32,000 nucleotides of DNA. Origin: Clostridia bacterium. GTDB lineage: Bacteria; Bacillota; Clostridia; SK-Y3. Positions 8,751 through 18,673 of the stretch are shown here, piece by piece (position 1 is the stretch's first letter; every line of letters begins with the position of its first letter). The notes under the pieces are model-generated. The model made no database searches, had not been told where the DNA came from, and was given only the letters and a program-made list of their open reading frames with translations. A program made the translations under genes and the position numbers. The stretch lies in assembly GCA_963662695.2 (NCBI GenBank), contig CAXXDC010000001.1:93206-125205 (forward strand), given 5' to 3'.

Positions 8751-9914
8751 ATGGATAGAGAAATATATCTAGACAATAGTGCTACAACAAAACCCTATCC
8801 AGAAGTTATTGAATCGATGGTTGAGATGCTTGATGATAATTATGGCAATCCATCTTCGTTACATAAAAAGGGAATACAGGCGGAAAAAGCAGTTAAGACA
8901 GCAAGAGATATTATTGCAAAGACATTAGATGTGAAAAGCAATGAGATTTATTTTACATCAGGAGGAACAGAAGCAAATAATATTGCTATCCGAGGATATG
9001 CGAAAGCTAATAGTAAGAAAGGAAATCATCTCATTACATCCAAAATAGAACATCCATCTGTGCTCAATACTTTTGAATTTTTAGAACGAGAAGGCTACCG
9101 CGTATCATATATAAATGTTGATAGTAATGGTGTAGTGGATATAGAGCAATTGAAGAAAGAAATCTGTGAGGATACGATTTTTATTAGTGTGATGCATGTC
9201 AATAATGAAGTGGGTAGCGTTGCACCAATTCAAGAAATAAGAAGGCTAATGGATTTAAAACAATCACAGGCGATTTTACATGTTGATGCAATACAATCTT
9301 TCGGCAAATTATTATTTACGCCAGAGCGGTTTGGCATTGATTTATTATCTATCAGCGCGCATAAATTACATGGTCCTAAAGGAGTCGGCGCTTTATATAT
9401 TAAGAAAGGTATACCTATTGAACCCATCATGTTCGGGGGGAGTCAGGAACTAAATATGCGTTCAGGTACAGAAAATGTACCTGGAATTCTTGGATTTGGG
9501 AAAGCAGTAGAGATTACATTTGCAAGTATAGAGAATCATTTACTTAAAATTAATAAGCTTAAAGAAAAGTTAAGAGAAGAAATAGAAAAAAGTATTGATG
9601 ATGTGGTTATAAATGGTCAAGTGGAAGGCAAAAATGCACCACATATTTTAAATGTTTCTTTTAAAGGGTTGAAATCTGAGGTACTTCTTCATGCACTAGA
9701 GGCGAAAGGAATATATGTATCATCTGGTTCTGCTTGTTCTTCGAATAAGCCTGCGCCTAGTCATGTTTTAACGGCTATGGGTGTGGACAAACATTGTATA
9801 GAGGGTGCTATACGCTTTAGTTTTTCAGCGGCTAATACAGAAGTGGAAATTTCGGACTGCGTACAGGAGCTCGCAACAATTGTAAAACAACTAAGAAGAT
9901 TTAGACGGAGGTAA
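8751..9914 (+). CDS. Class V PLP-dependent cysteine desulfurase (NifS/NifZ/IscS type, ThiI partner)
   Basis: Motifs are YLDNSATT, the PLP-lysine motif SISAHKLHGPKG and the active-site loop SSGSACSS. The gene is immediately upstream of thiI, as for B. subtilis nifZ-thiI. Confidence 0.92.
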   Translation: MDREIYLDNSATTKPYPEVIESMVEMLDDNYGNPSSLHKKGIQAEKAVKTARDIIAKTLDVKSNEIYFTSGGTEANNIAIRGYAKANSKKGNHLITSKIEHPSVLNTFEFLEREGYRVSYINVDSNGVVDIEQLKKEICEDTIFISVMHVNNEVGSVAPIQEIRRLMDLKQSQAILHVDAIQSFGKLLFTPERFGIDLLSISAHKLHGPKGVGALYIKKGIPIEPIMFGGSQELNMRSGTENVPGILGFGKAVEITFASIENHLLKINKLKEKLREEIEKSIDDVVINGQVEGKNAPHILNVSFKGLKSEVLLHALEAKGIYVSSGSACSSNKPAPSHVLTAMGVDKHCIEGAIRFSFSAANTEVEISDCVQELATIVKQLRRFRRR

Positions 9915-9920
9915 AAATTT

Positions 9921-11093
9921 ATGAATGAACTTATTTTAGTGAAATATGGCGAAATTATATTAAAAGGATTAAATAGACGCTTATTTGAAGATAAACTTAT
10001 TAGAAATATAAGAACAGTACTTCATGATATAGGGAATTTCAAGGTATATAAAGCACAGGCAACCATATATGTTGAGCCTAGAGAGGAAAATGCCAATATT
10101 TCTAAAGCAATCGACAGACTTCAAAAAGTTTTTGGTATTGTATCCGTGAGTAGAGTGGCAACTGTGGAAAAGGACATGGAAGCAATACAGCAGAAAGCAG
10201 TTGATTATTTACATGCCAACTTACAGAAGTACAAAACATTTAAAGTCGAGACAAAACGTGCCGATAAGAACTTTCCTATAAAATCACCACAAGTTAGCAG
10301 AGAAGTTGGTGCATATATTTTATCAAACGTTGTTCATCTTAGTGTCGATGTTCATCATCCTGACGTAATTGTAAACGTTGAAATAAGAAGTACTGGTGCA
10401 TATGTTTATACTGAAAAAGTACAAGGGGCAGGTGGGTTACCTGTTGGTTCCAGCGGGAAGGCGACGCTACTACTTTCAGGTGGTATTGATAGCCCTGTTG
10501 CAGGGTGGATGATTGCAAAACGTGGGGTTGAAATCAATGCGGTACACTTCTTTAGCTATCCATACACCAGTGAGAGAGCAAAGGATAAGGTTATTGAACT
10601 GGCAAAAATACTTACAGATTATTGTGGAAAGATTAATTTACATATCGTTCCCTTTACCGATATCCAATTAGCGATCCATGAAAAGTGTCCGGAAGAACAG
10701 CTTACACTTATTATGCGCAGATTCATGATGAAGATTACAGAAAGAATTGCATTAAAAAATGGTTCTAGTGCACTAATCACTGGAGAAAGTCTTGGACAGG
10801 TAGCAAGTCAAACGATTGAAAGTTTAGGTGTAACCAATGCAGCTGTGTCTTTACCTGTATTCCGTCCACTCATTGGGATGGACAAAGAAGAGATTGTACG
10901 TATTGCGAAACGAATCGACACTTTTGAAACATCCATATTACCCTATGAAGACTGTTGTACAATTTTCGTTCCGAAACATCCGACGACAAGACCAAAATTA
11001 AAAAGGATGTTACAATCTGAGGAACATTTAGATGTGGAAGGTATGATTGATAAAGCTGTCGAGGAGACAGAAGTAATAGAAATTTTGCGCTAG
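9921..11093 (+). CDS. thiI: tRNA uracil 4-sulfurtransferase ThiI (short form, no rhodanese domain)
   Basis: It has a THUMP-type N-terminus (LVKYGEIILKG.NR) and the PP-loop SGGIDSPVA. The 390 aa end directly after the AANH domain. Confidence 0.93.
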   Translation: MNELILVKYGEIILKGLNRRLFEDKLIRNIRTVLHDIGNFKVYKAQATIYVEPREENANISKAIDRLQKVFGIVSVSRVATVEKDMEAIQQKAVDYLHANLQKYKTFKVETKRADKNFPIKSPQVSREVGAYILSNVVHLSVDVHHPDVIVNVEIRSTGAYVYTEKVQGAGGLPVGSSGKATLLLSGGIDSPVAGWMIAKRGVEINAVHFFSYPYTSERAKDKVIELAKILTDYCGKINLHIVPFTDIQLAIHEKCPEEQLTLIMRRFMMKITERIALKNGSSALITGESLGQVASQTIESLGVTNAAVSLPVFRPLIGMDKEEIVRIAKRIDTFETSILPYEDCCTIFVPKHPTTRPKLKRMLQSEEHLDVEGMIDKAVEETEVIEILR

Positions 11094-11193
11094 TACAACT
11101 TCGTCAGAAGATGATTCTTAATATATATCATACAAATTATTATCTTTTTCGTATAAGTTATTAAAGGTATTATTTTTATATGGAGGTTAGTGT

Positions 11194-11394
11194 ATGGAAA
11201 AAAAATTATGCTTATCAAGAAGAGATAAAAAATGGGCAGGTGTATGTGGTGGTATCGCAGAATATTTTAGTGTAGATTCAACACTTATCAGACTAGGTTG
11301 GGTATTGTTGACTATCTTTTCAGGTGGGGTAGGTGGACTTATCGCATACTTTTTGGCATGGGCAATTATACCACCAAGCCCAGATGTGATATAA
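11194..11394 (+). CDS. PspC-domain membrane miniprotein
   Basis: LSRRDKKWAGVCGGIAEYFSVDSTLIRLGWVLL is the PspC-domain signature, followed by one hydrophobic span. The GGAGG RBS is 7 nt upstream. Confidence 0.8.
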   Translation: MEKKLCLSRRDKKWAGVCGGIAEYFSVDSTLIRLGWVLLTIFSGGVGGLIAYFLAWAIIPPSPDVI

Positions 11395-11421
11395 AATAGT
11401 ATGTTTGTTTAGGACAATAAT

Positions 11422-11459
11422 AGACCACTAATGTTTTATAAATAAATCATTAGTGGTCT
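11422..11459. terminator. Hairpin between convergent pspC-domain gene and ldh (probable shared terminator)
   Basis: A 12-bp perfect stem, agaccactaatg (11422-11433) with cattagtggtct (11448-11459), and a 14-nt AT loop. The U tracts are weak. Confidence 0.5.
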
Positions 11460-11484
11460 CAACCCTCAGCTTTCAACTGTTTTT

Positions 11485-12432
11485 CTACATTCCTATTTCT
11501 TTGATTGTGTCTCTTAGTGATGTGGATGATTTTTTCAAAAGTTTAATTTCTTTTTCATCTAAAGGTACTTCTAAAACCTTTTCAATACCATGTTCTGTTA
11601 CAATTGTAGGTAGACTTAAACATACATCATTAATACCGTATAGTCCATTTATTAAACTAGATACAGTTAAGATAGAACGTTCGTCCCTCAGTATACATTC
11701 AACAATTCTTTTTACAGCCAATGCCACAGCATAATAGGTGGCTCCTTTTTTCTCTATGATATGATAAGCTGAATCTTTAACATCTTGATAAATTTTTTCT
11801 CTCGAATGTCCTTGGCAGTGTCCACAATAATTACAATATTCATCCATTGTCATGCCTGCAACATTTGTTAGGCTCCAAGCTGGCACTTCTGTATCACCGT
11901 GTTCGCCAAGTATATATGCGTGAATATTCCTTGTGTCAACGCCAACGTGTTCACCAAGTAAATATTTGAATCTTGCTGTATCTAAAACCGTTCCAGAGCC
12001 GATAACCTTTTCTGGAGGCAGTCCAGATATTTTTTGTGTAACATAAGTAAGAATGTCCACAGGATTCGTTACAACTAAAAGTATCGCGTTCTCACAATAC
12101 TTTACAACCTGTGGTACGATGGACTTGAAAACTTCCGTATTCTTTTTTACAAGGTCAATTCTTGTTTCACCAGGCTTTTGATTCGCACCAGCAGTAATGA
12201 TAACAATATCTGAGCCTTTGCAATCTTTATAATCTCCAGCAATAACTTGTACTGGGCGGACAAAAGATACACCGTGACTCATGTCCATCACATCACCTTG
12301 TGCCTTTTCTTTATTAATATCTACAAGGACAATTTCTGAAGCGAGCCCACTCATCATTATTGTATATGCTGTTGTAGATCCTACAAAACCAGCTCCAATT
12401 ATTGAAACCTTGCTAGCAGTTTTTTGACGCAT
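11485..12432 (-). CDS. ldh: L-lactate dehydrogenase
   Basis: Motifs are [15 protein letters not shown] (NAD fold), [20 protein letters not shown] and the catalytic-His loop [13 protein letters not shown]. The GGAGG RBS is 7 nt upstream. Confidence 0.95.
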   Translation of the reverse strand: MRQKTASKVSIIGAGFVGSTTAYTIMMSGLASEIVLVDINKEKAQGDVMDMSHGVSFVRPVQVIAGDYKDCKGSDIVIITAGANQKPGETRIDLVKKNTEVFKSIVPQVVKYCENAILLVVTNPVDILTYVTQKISGLPPEKVIGSGTVLDTARFKYLLGEHVGVDTRNIHAYILGEHGDTEVPAWSLTNVAGMTMDEYCNYCGHCQGHSREKIYQDVKDSAYHIIEKKGATYYAVALAVKRIVECILRDERSILTVSSLINGLYGINDVCLSLPTIVTEHGIEKVLEVPLDEKEIKLLKKSSTSLRDTIKEIGM

Positions 12433-12616
12433 AATAAAACCTCCTCAAATGATAGATTGTGTATTTTAAAGTATAAATTATTCATTTCAAAATATTCATT
12501 CCCTACTTTGTATAATAATTAACGTTTTTTTATTGATTCACTGTCATAATTGTAGATAACTATGTTAAAATGATGTAGTAATATAATTTTAAACTTCAAA
12601 TGGAGGGTCAGAATAT

Positions 12617-13858
12617 ATGAATGCTGAAATCATTGCTGTAGGTACTGAACTATTATTAGGACAAATTGTCAATACAAATGCACAATTTCTATCTGAAAGA
12701 TTATCACAACTTGGTATTAATGTCTATTTTCAAGTTGTCGTAGGAGATAATGAAAAACGATTAACGCAAACATTGCAACAAGGACTTGAAAGGTCTGACC
12801 TCATCATTTTAACGGGGGGATTAGGACCTACAAAAGATGACTTGACCAAAGAAACAATTGCAAAAATATTAGAGCTACCGTTAGAACTTCATGAGAAGAG
12901 CCTAAAAAGAATAAAAGACTTTTTCAGCTCAATACACAGAAAAATGGCTGAAAACAATACAAAGCAAGCATTTTTGCCAAAAGATGCGATGGTACTTCAA
13001 AACGATAATGGAACTGCCCCAGGGTGTTTAATAGAAAAAAACAATAAAATTGTTATTATGCTACCTGGACCACCAAAGGAAATGCAACCAATGTTTAATA
13101 ATTATGTTGCTCCATATTTGCGTAGCAAGACATCAGAAACTATATATTCTAAGGTATTAAGGATATTTGGTGTTGGCGAATCTTCCTTAGAAGTAAAATT
13201 AGAAGATCTCTTGGAAAAGCAAAGTAATCCTACGATTGCGCCTTATGCAAAACAGTGTGAAGTAACATTGAGGATTACGTCAAAATGTAAGACAGAAGAA
13301 GAGGCGAATCAACTGATTGAACCAGTTGAGCAAGAAATAAGAAATCGACTAGGTATGACTGTTTATGGTGAAGGCGAAGAAATATTAGAAGTAGTAGTTG
13401 CAAAACTATTAATGAAAAAGGGGTTAACAATTGCTACGGCTGAATCTTGTACAGGTGGACTCTTAGCAGAGAAGTTTACAAGAGTTCCTGGGATTTCAAG
13501 ATCTTTTTCACGGGGTGTAATTACCTATAGTAATGAATCGAAAATGGAATTGCTTGGTGTAAAAGAAAATACACTAATGCAGTATGGTGCAGTGAGTGCA
13601 CAAACTGCGCTAGAAATGGCGCAGGGGATTAGAGAACATTCAAATGTAGACATAGGTGTATCTATTACAGGAATTGCAGGGCCTGGAGGTGGAACGGAAG
13701 AAAAACCAGTGGGGTTGGTATATGTAGGTATATCAACTAAGGAAAGAACATGGTTTAAAGAGCTTAGACTTACGAGAAGTAGAGATAGAATTAGAAATAT
13801 GACGACAATGCATGCGCTGGATATGGTGAGACGGTATATTTTAAGGAACATCTGCTAA
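12617..13858 (+). CDS. cinA: Competence/damage-inducible protein CinA (MoCF-like N-domain plus PncC NMN deamidase C-domain)
   Basis: Motifs are MNAEIIAVGTELLLGQIVNTNA, TGGLGPTKDDLT and the C-terminal TAESCTGGLLA...GIAGPGGG. The gene sits directly upstream of recA. Confidence 0.93.
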   Translation: MNAEIIAVGTELLLGQIVNTNAQFLSERLSQLGINVYFQVVVGDNEKRLTQTLQQGLERSDLIILTGGLGPTKDDLTKETIAKILELPLELHEKSLKRIKDFFSSIHRKMAENNTKQAFLPKDAMVLQNDNGTAPGCLIEKNNKIVIMLPGPPKEMQPMFNNYVAPYLRSKTSETIYSKVLRIFGVGESSLEVKLEDLLEKQSNPTIAPYAKQCEVTLRITSKCKTEEEANQLIEPVEQEIRNRLGMTVYGEGEEILEVVVAKLLMKKGLTIATAESCTGGLLAEKFTRVPGISRSFSRGVITYSNESKMELLGVKENTLMQYGAVSAQTALEMAQGIREHSNVDIGVSITGIAGPGGGTEEKPVGLVYVGISTKERTWFKELRLTRSRDRIRNMTTMHALDMVRRYILRNIC

Positions 13859-14004
13859 TGCAGATGTACATGCTAGAATAACTTTGTGAGATTAGCGAAC
13901 ATTAGTTATTCTGTACGTCTACCCAGTAGACGTTCCTTGCCCTGTGCTCATTAAGTAGCACTAGCATTCGTGCTGAGGAGTTGAAAATATTTACAAAATT
14001 TCAC

Positions 14005-14033
14005 TTGACATTATGAAATAAATATACTATAAT
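14005..14033 (+). promoter_or_regulatory. recA promoter, exact SigA consensus
   Basis: TTGACA (14005-14010), an exactly 17-nt spacer, then TATAAT (14028-14033). Confidence 0.7.
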
Positions 14034-14038
14034 AAACA

Positions 14039-14051
14039 CGAACATTCGTTC
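14039..14051 (+). promoter_or_regulatory. LexA (Cheo/SOS) box overlapping the predicted recA transcription start
   Basis: CGAACATTCGTTC fits the Gram-positive SOS box CGAAC-N4-GTTC(G). It starts 6 nt after the -10 hexamer. Confidence 0.75.
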
Positions 14052-14118
14052 TAGAAGTTATATTTGGATTTAATTTATTTGATAATAAAATTAAACAGGG
14101 AAAAGGTGGGAGTTACAA

Positions 14119-15135
14119 ATGATTGAGAAGAAAAAAGCACTAGATTTAGCGTTTAATCAAATTGAGAAGCAATTTGGTAAAGGTGCGATTATGAAATTGG
14201 GAGAAAATGCGCATTTGAATGTTGAATCCATATCAACAGGTGCATTAAGTCTTGATATTGCACTTGGGATAGGTGGTGTGCCGAGAGGACGTATTGTAGA
14301 AGTGTATGGTCCCGAGTCCTCGGGTAAAACGACTGTTGCGCTTCATATTATTGCTGAAGCACAGAAAGCTGGTGGAGAAGCCGCATTTATAGATGCTGAG
14401 CATGCCCTTGACCCTGTTTATGCACGAAAGTTGGGTGTGGATATAGAGAGCCTTATAGTATCGCAGCCGGATACAGGTGAACAGGCGTTAGAAATTGCTG
14501 AAGCATTGGTTAGAAGTGGAGCGATAGATGTTATTGTTATTGACTCTGTTGCAGCTTTGGTTCCTAAAGCGGAGATTGATGGCGAAATGGGTGATTCACA
14601 CGTGGGGCTACAGGCAAGATTAATGTCTCAGGCCCTTAGAAAACTTGCAGGAGTCGTTAGTAAATCTAAGACTACAGCAATATTTATCAATCAGTTAAGA
14701 GAAAAGGTTGGTGTGATGTTTGGGAACCCTGAAGTAACACCTGGTGGAAGAGCGCTTAAGTTTTATTCTTCTGTTCGATTAGATGTAAGACGAATTGAAA
14801 CATTGAAAAAAGGTACTGATATGATTGGAAATAGAACAAGAGTGAAGGTCGTAAAGAATAAAGTAGCGCCCCCATTTAAGTTAGCTGAATTTGATATTAT
14901 GTATGGAGAAGGTATTTCAAGAGAAGGTAATATAATCGATATGGGGGTTCAAGCTGATATTGTTAATAAAAGTGGCGCTTGGTTTTCTTATGGAGATGTA
15001 CGTTTAGGACAGGGGAGAGATAATTCTAAGATATATCTCAGTGAAAATCCTGAATTGGCACAAGAGATCGAAGATAAAATAAGAGAAGAGTTTGACTTAG
15101 TTACTAGTGAGAATTTACAAGCTGAAGAAGAATAA
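14119..15135 (+). CDS. recA: Recombinase RecA
   Basis: Motifs are [22 protein letters not shown], the Walker [21 protein letters not shown] and [21 protein letters not shown]. Confidence 0.98.
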   Translation: MIEKKKALDLAFNQIEKQFGKGAIMKLGENAHLNVESISTGALSLDIALGIGGVPRGRIVEVYGPESSGKTTVALHIIAEAQKAGGEAAFIDAEHALDPVYARKLGVDIESLIVSQPDTGEQALEIAEALVRSGAIDVIVIDSVAALVPKAEIDGEMGDSHVGLQARLMSQALRKLAGVVSKSKTTAIFINQLREKVGVMFGNPEVTPGGRALKFYSSVRLDVRRIETLKKGTDMIGNRTRVKVVKNKVAPPFKLAEFDIMYGEGISREGNIIDMGVQADIVNKSGAWFSYGDVRLGQGRDNSKIYLSENPELAQEIEDKIREEFDLVTSENLQAEEE

Positions 15136-15170
15136 ATCATTCTTGAGTCAATAATAATCTATAATAGAAT

Positions 15171-15206
15171 TAGCCTCTTTGTAAATCATTTCTTACAAAG
15201 AGGCTA
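15171..15206 (+). other. Strong hairpin between recA and recX (attenuator or partial terminator, no U tract)
   Basis: A 14-bp perfect stem, tagcctctttgtaa (15171-15184) with ttacaaagaggcta (15193-15206), and an 8-nt loop. It is followed by AAAATAAT rather than a T run. Confidence 0.45.
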
Positions 15207-15229
15207 AAATAATATAGGGAGGGAGTCTT

Positions 15230-15844
15230 ATGATTATCACCTCTGTTGAAACACAAAAAAAGAATAAACATCGCAAATCTATTTTTATTGATAATAAATA
15301 TGCCTTTAGTATTGATGAAGAAGATTGTTTCCGTTTAAACCTATATGTTGGGAACACGCTAACTGAGGATGAAATTGTGCAAATTAATAGGACATGCAAT
15401 TATTCTAAGGCAAAAAAAAAGGCTATGAAAGCTATTTTATTTAAAATGCGCAGTGAGCGGGAAGTAAAGAGAAAACTAGAATTGTACGGTTTTGATGATG
15501 CAACAATTGAAGAAGTCATTAGGCATTTAATAGGATTAGACTATATCAACGATCATTTATATACTGAAAAATATATAAAATATGCATTTAGTATGAAAAA
15601 GTTTGGGAAAAAGAGAGTATCACAAGAACTAGTAAAAAGAGGCATTGACCCTAATATTATCAGCCACTATTTAGACCTTATAGAAGATGATGAACGAAAA
15701 AGGTTAAGACCAATGGTCGAAAAAAAGTTACGTACTATAAAAGTAATGGATGAAAAAAACTTAAATAGAGTAAAAAGTCATTTTATTAGAAGAGGTTATA
15801 AATTAGATGATATAAATGAATGTATTAACATAGTTACTGAATAA
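15230..15844 (+). CDS. recX: RecA regulator RecX
   Basis: Position is immediately after recA. The N-terminus follows the pattern I..VE.QKKNK.R..IFID..YAFSI.E, followed by three helical repeats (YINDHLYTEKYIKY...). RBS is GGAGGGAG. Confidence 0.85.
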   Translation: MIITSVETQKKNKHRKSIFIDNKYAFSIDEEDCFRLNLYVGNTLTEDEIVQINRTCNYSKAKKKAMKAILFKMRSEREVKRKLELYGFDDATIEEVIRHLIGLDYINDHLYTEKYIKYAFSMKKFGKKRVSQELVKRGIDPNIISHYLDLIEDDERKRLRPMVEKKLRTIKVMDEKNLNRVKSHFIRRGYKLDDINECINIVTE

Positions 15845-15852
15845 AACTTTTG

Positions 15853-15882
15853 TTGCTAATATGATATGAAATATGTTACAAT
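15853..15882 (+). promoter_or_regulatory. Probable SigA promoter for rimO-pgsA (extended -10)
   Basis: TTGCTA (15853-15858), an 18-nt spacer, then TGtTACAAT (15874-15882). Confidence 0.45.
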
Positions 15883-15928
15883 TTTTAAGAAAGAAGAAGT
15901 TTAATAAGAAAATAGAAAGAGGAATTAT

Positions 15929-17272
15929 ATGATTTATCACATAGGTGTTGTGTCTCTTGGATGCGCAAAAAATCTTGTAGATACGGAGACAATGTTAGGA
16001 TTGTTACATAGAGAGGGTTTTAAAATTACAAACAAAGAAGAGCAGGCGGATATTTTAATTGTAAATACATGTGGATTTATAGAGTCTGCAAAACAAGAGT
16101 CTATCGAAAATATCCTTGAACTTGCCGAGTATAAAGAAAAGGGTAAGTGTAAGTTACTTATTGTTACAGGTTGTCTTGTAGAACGTTATAAAGAAGAAAT
16201 AATAAATGAAATGCCCGAGGTGGATGCTATCGTAGGAACGGGTAATTACCATGAAATTGCTGAAGTAATTAATCAGGCCTTTGAAGGACAAAAAATACAG
16301 AAGGTTGGAAATCAAGATTTTTCTCCAGAAGAAGGTTTGCCTCGCATACAGAGCACACCAAAGTACACGGCATATCTTAAAATAGCCGATGGTTGTGATA
16401 ACCACTGTACATATTGTATTATCCCAAAACTTAGGGGTAGATATAGAAGTAGAAAAATGGAAGCCATTATACAAGAAGCAAATCAATTAGCACAAAATGG
16501 CGTAAAAGAACTTTTAATCATTGCGCAGGATACAAGTAGATACGGTATTGATTTATATGATGCGTATAAATTAGATGAATTATTAAATGAGCTGTGTAAT
16601 ATTAAAGGAATAGAATGGATTAGACTTCATTATTGCTATCCTGAGAATATAACTGAAAAACTTATTGATACGATTGCATCACAACCTAAGATATGTAATT
16701 ATATTGACATACCTATTCAGCATTGTAGTGATGAAGTGTTAAAGAAAATGGGACGAAAAAGCACAAAAGAAAACTTGAATTCATTAATATTTGAACTTAG
16801 AGAAAAGATTCCAACAATAACAATTCGGACATCACTTATTGTTGGTTTTCCAGGTGAGACAGAAAAACAATTTGAAGAACTAGTCGATTTTGTTGAAGAA
16901 ATACACTTTGATAGAATGGGTGTATTTAAATATTCTCAAGAAGAGGATACCCCTGCTGCAAAATTAGATAATCAGATTGATGAAGAAACAAAACAAATAA
17001 GGTATGAAAAACTTATGACTATACAGAGTGAGATTTCTGTACAAGTTAATGCAAAAAAAGTCGGTAAGTGTTTAGATGTATTAATCGAAGGATTTGATGC
17101 TGATTCTGGTTTTTATTATGGACGAACCTATGCGGATTCAATAGATATAGATGGTATGGTTTTGTTTAAAAGCAAACACAAACTTAAAACAGGGACTTTT
17201 GTTAAAGTTAATATATCAGAAGCTGAAAAATATGATTTGATAGGGGTGGTTTCTAATGAATTTAGCGAATAG
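15929..17272 (+). CDS. rimO: Ribosomal protein S12 methylthiotransferase RimO (radical SAM MTTase)
   Basis: The N-terminal UPF0004 cysteines are VSLGCAKNLVDTE...NTCGFI...TGCL. The radical-SAM motif is CDNHCTYCIIP, and there is a C-terminal TRAM domain. Confidence 0.88.
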   Translation: MIYHIGVVSLGCAKNLVDTETMLGLLHREGFKITNKEEQADILIVNTCGFIESAKQESIENILELAEYKEKGKCKLLIVTGCLVERYKEEIINEMPEVDAIVGTGNYHEIAEVINQAFEGQKIQKVGNQDFSPEEGLPRIQSTPKYTAYLKIADGCDNHCTYCIIPKLRGRYRSRKMEAIIQEANQLAQNGVKELLIIAQDTSRYGIDLYDAYKLDELLNELCNIKGIEWIRLHYCYPENITEKLIDTIASQPKICNYIDIPIQHCSDEVLKKMGRKSTKENLNSLIFELREKIPTITIRTSLIVGFPGETEKQFEELVDFVEEIHFDRMGVFKYSQEEDTPAAKLDNQIDEETKQIRYEKLMTIQSEISVQVNAKKVGKCLDVLIEGFDADSGFYYGRTYADSIDIDGMVLFKSKHKLKTGTFVKVNISEAEKYDLIGVVSNEFSE

Positions 17273-17798
17273 GATTACAATGTTCAGGATATTTCTTGTG
17301 CCGATTTTTATGTTTTTTTTATTAATTCAAATTGCCGACTATGGTACCTATATTGCAGTAGCTATTTTTATCATTGCTGCTGCCACTGATGGTTTAGATG
17401 GATATATAGCTAGAAAGAAAAAACAGGTAACGAATTTTGGGAAATTTATCGATCCACTTGCAGATAAGCTTCTTGTTACTGCCGCACTAATTTCATTAGT
17501 AGAATTGAATCAATTATCATCTTGGGTGGCAATGATTATTATTAGTAGAGAATTTGTTGTTACAAGTTTAAGAATAGTGGCAGTCTCTGAAGGTGTTGTG
17601 ATTGCAGCAAGTATGTGGGGAAAGGTAAAGACAACTACACAAATAATTGCAATTGTTGCAATGCTAATTAATCTTCCAATTGCGGTTTTTGGTATTTCGT
17701 TTGTAAATATTCTAATGTATATTGCAGTCATTTTTACGGTCTTTTCAGGTGTAGAATATTTAGTTAAGAATAAAGAAGTAATTAATATTAATCAATAG
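17256..17798 (+). CDS. pgsA: CDP-diacylglycerol--glycerol-3-phosphate 3-phosphatidyltransferase
   Basis: The CDP-alcohol phosphatidyltransferase motif is DGLDGYIARKKKQVTNFGKFIDPLADK. The protein is multi-pass hydrophobic, and the gene overlaps the rimO 3' end by 17 nt. Confidence 0.93.
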   Translation: MNLANRITMFRIFLVPIFMFFLLIQIADYGTYIAVAIFIIAAATDGLDGYIARKKKQVTNFGKFIDPLADKLLVTAALISLVELNQLSSWVAMIIISREFVVTSLRIVAVSEGVVIAASMWGKVKTTTQIIAIVAMLINLPIAVFGISFVNILMYIAVIFTVFSGVEYLVKNKEVININQ

Positions 17799-17815
17799 CA
17801 TAATATATTGTATAT

Positions 17816-17852
17816 AAAAATCAGACGTTGTTTATAAGCGTCTGATTTTTTT
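17816..17852. terminator. Bidirectional rho-independent terminator (pgsA / AraC gene)
   Basis: aaaaatcagacg...cgtctgattttttt. The stem is tcagacg (17821-17827) with cgtctga (17839-17845), flanked by A5 and T7. Confidence 0.85.
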
Positions 17853-17854
17853 CA

Positions 17855-18589
17855 TTAAAAGTGTATTTCATTTTTCAAATATTCATAAGGCGTTTTGGAA
17901 GTTATATTTTTAAAAACTTTACTAAAATATGAATAATTCTTATATCCTAACAATTCAGCGATTTCATTATATTTATATATATTGCTTTCCATTAATTCAA
18001 TGGCTAATTCAACTTTTGTTTTATGAATATAATTGGTAATTGTCTCACCTGTTTCATCTTTGAACTTTTTAGAAAGATAACTGCGATTTGCTTTAATTGC
18101 ATTTGCAACATCCTTTGCGAAAATAAACCTAAATTTATTATTATGAATATATTCAATAGCCATTTTTACAATAGGTGAGCAATTTATCATAGAATATTGA
18201 GTAATTAATTTAAATAAATCTTTTTCTATTAGAAGATAGTTATTAATTAACTGTTTTTTATTATCACAATGAGCAATTTCAGAATAACATTTTTTTTTTG
18301 CAGTCACAGCCACATCTTTTGGTAATCCGTTTTTCATAGAAGTTTCAATAAGGGATGCTACATTAGAAGCGAAATATAACTTTAGAATATCAATATCTTC
18401 ATCAAAAAGGTATTGTAAATCTTTAATTTGTTTAGCATCTAAAGTAACTCTTTGAAGTAATTTTTGATTATTTGATGCTATTGCCTCAAGCAGTAAAAGT
18501 TTAAGTTTAGTACTTTTTTCAGAATAATTAATATCATATTCTGCACGCAATGATATATCTTTATACACTGACTCAATCTTTGAATTCAT
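17855..18589 (-). CDS. AraC/XylS-family transcriptional regulator (helical N-domain, no cupin)
   Basis: The C-terminal double HTH is ...RSYLSKKFKDETGETITNYIHKTKVELAIELM...NEIAELLGYKNYSYFSKVFKNITSKTPYEY. The gene is divergent from the GH3 gene. Confidence 0.8.
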   Translation of the reverse strand: MNSKIESVYKDISLRAEYDINYSEKSTKLKLLLLEAIASNNQKLLQRVTLDAKQIKDLQYLFDEDIDILKLYFASNVASLIETSMKNGLPKDVAVTAKKKCYSEIAHCDNKKQLINNYLLIEKDLFKLITQYSMINCSPIVKMAIEYIHNNKFRFIFAKDVANAIKANRSYLSKKFKDETGETITNYIHKTKVELAIELMESNIYKYNEIAELLGYKNYSYFSKVFKNITSKTPYEYLKNEIHF

Positions 18590-18642
18590 AATACACCTCT
18601 ACAAGAATACTTTATTATAATTATATCATAGCGTTATGAAAG

Positions 18643-18673
18643 AAAACAACAATTTTGCAATAAAAACAACAAT
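18643..18673. repeat. Exact 11-bp direct repeat AAAACAACAAT x2, 20-bp period, in the AraC/GH3 divergent intergenic region
   Basis: Copy 1 is 18643-18653 and copy 2 is 18663-18673. Both were read directly from the sequence. Confidence 0.6.

Noticed and set aside
12508-12525. A Rex-box-like element TTGTATAATAATTAACGT upstream of ldh, compared with TTGTTAA-N4-TTAACAA.
   Set aside because: Only 10 of 14 specified positions match, the sequence is very AT-rich, and it overlaps a TATAAT hexamer. That is too weak to call without a PWM score or comparative support. Redox control of ldh by Rex remains plausible.
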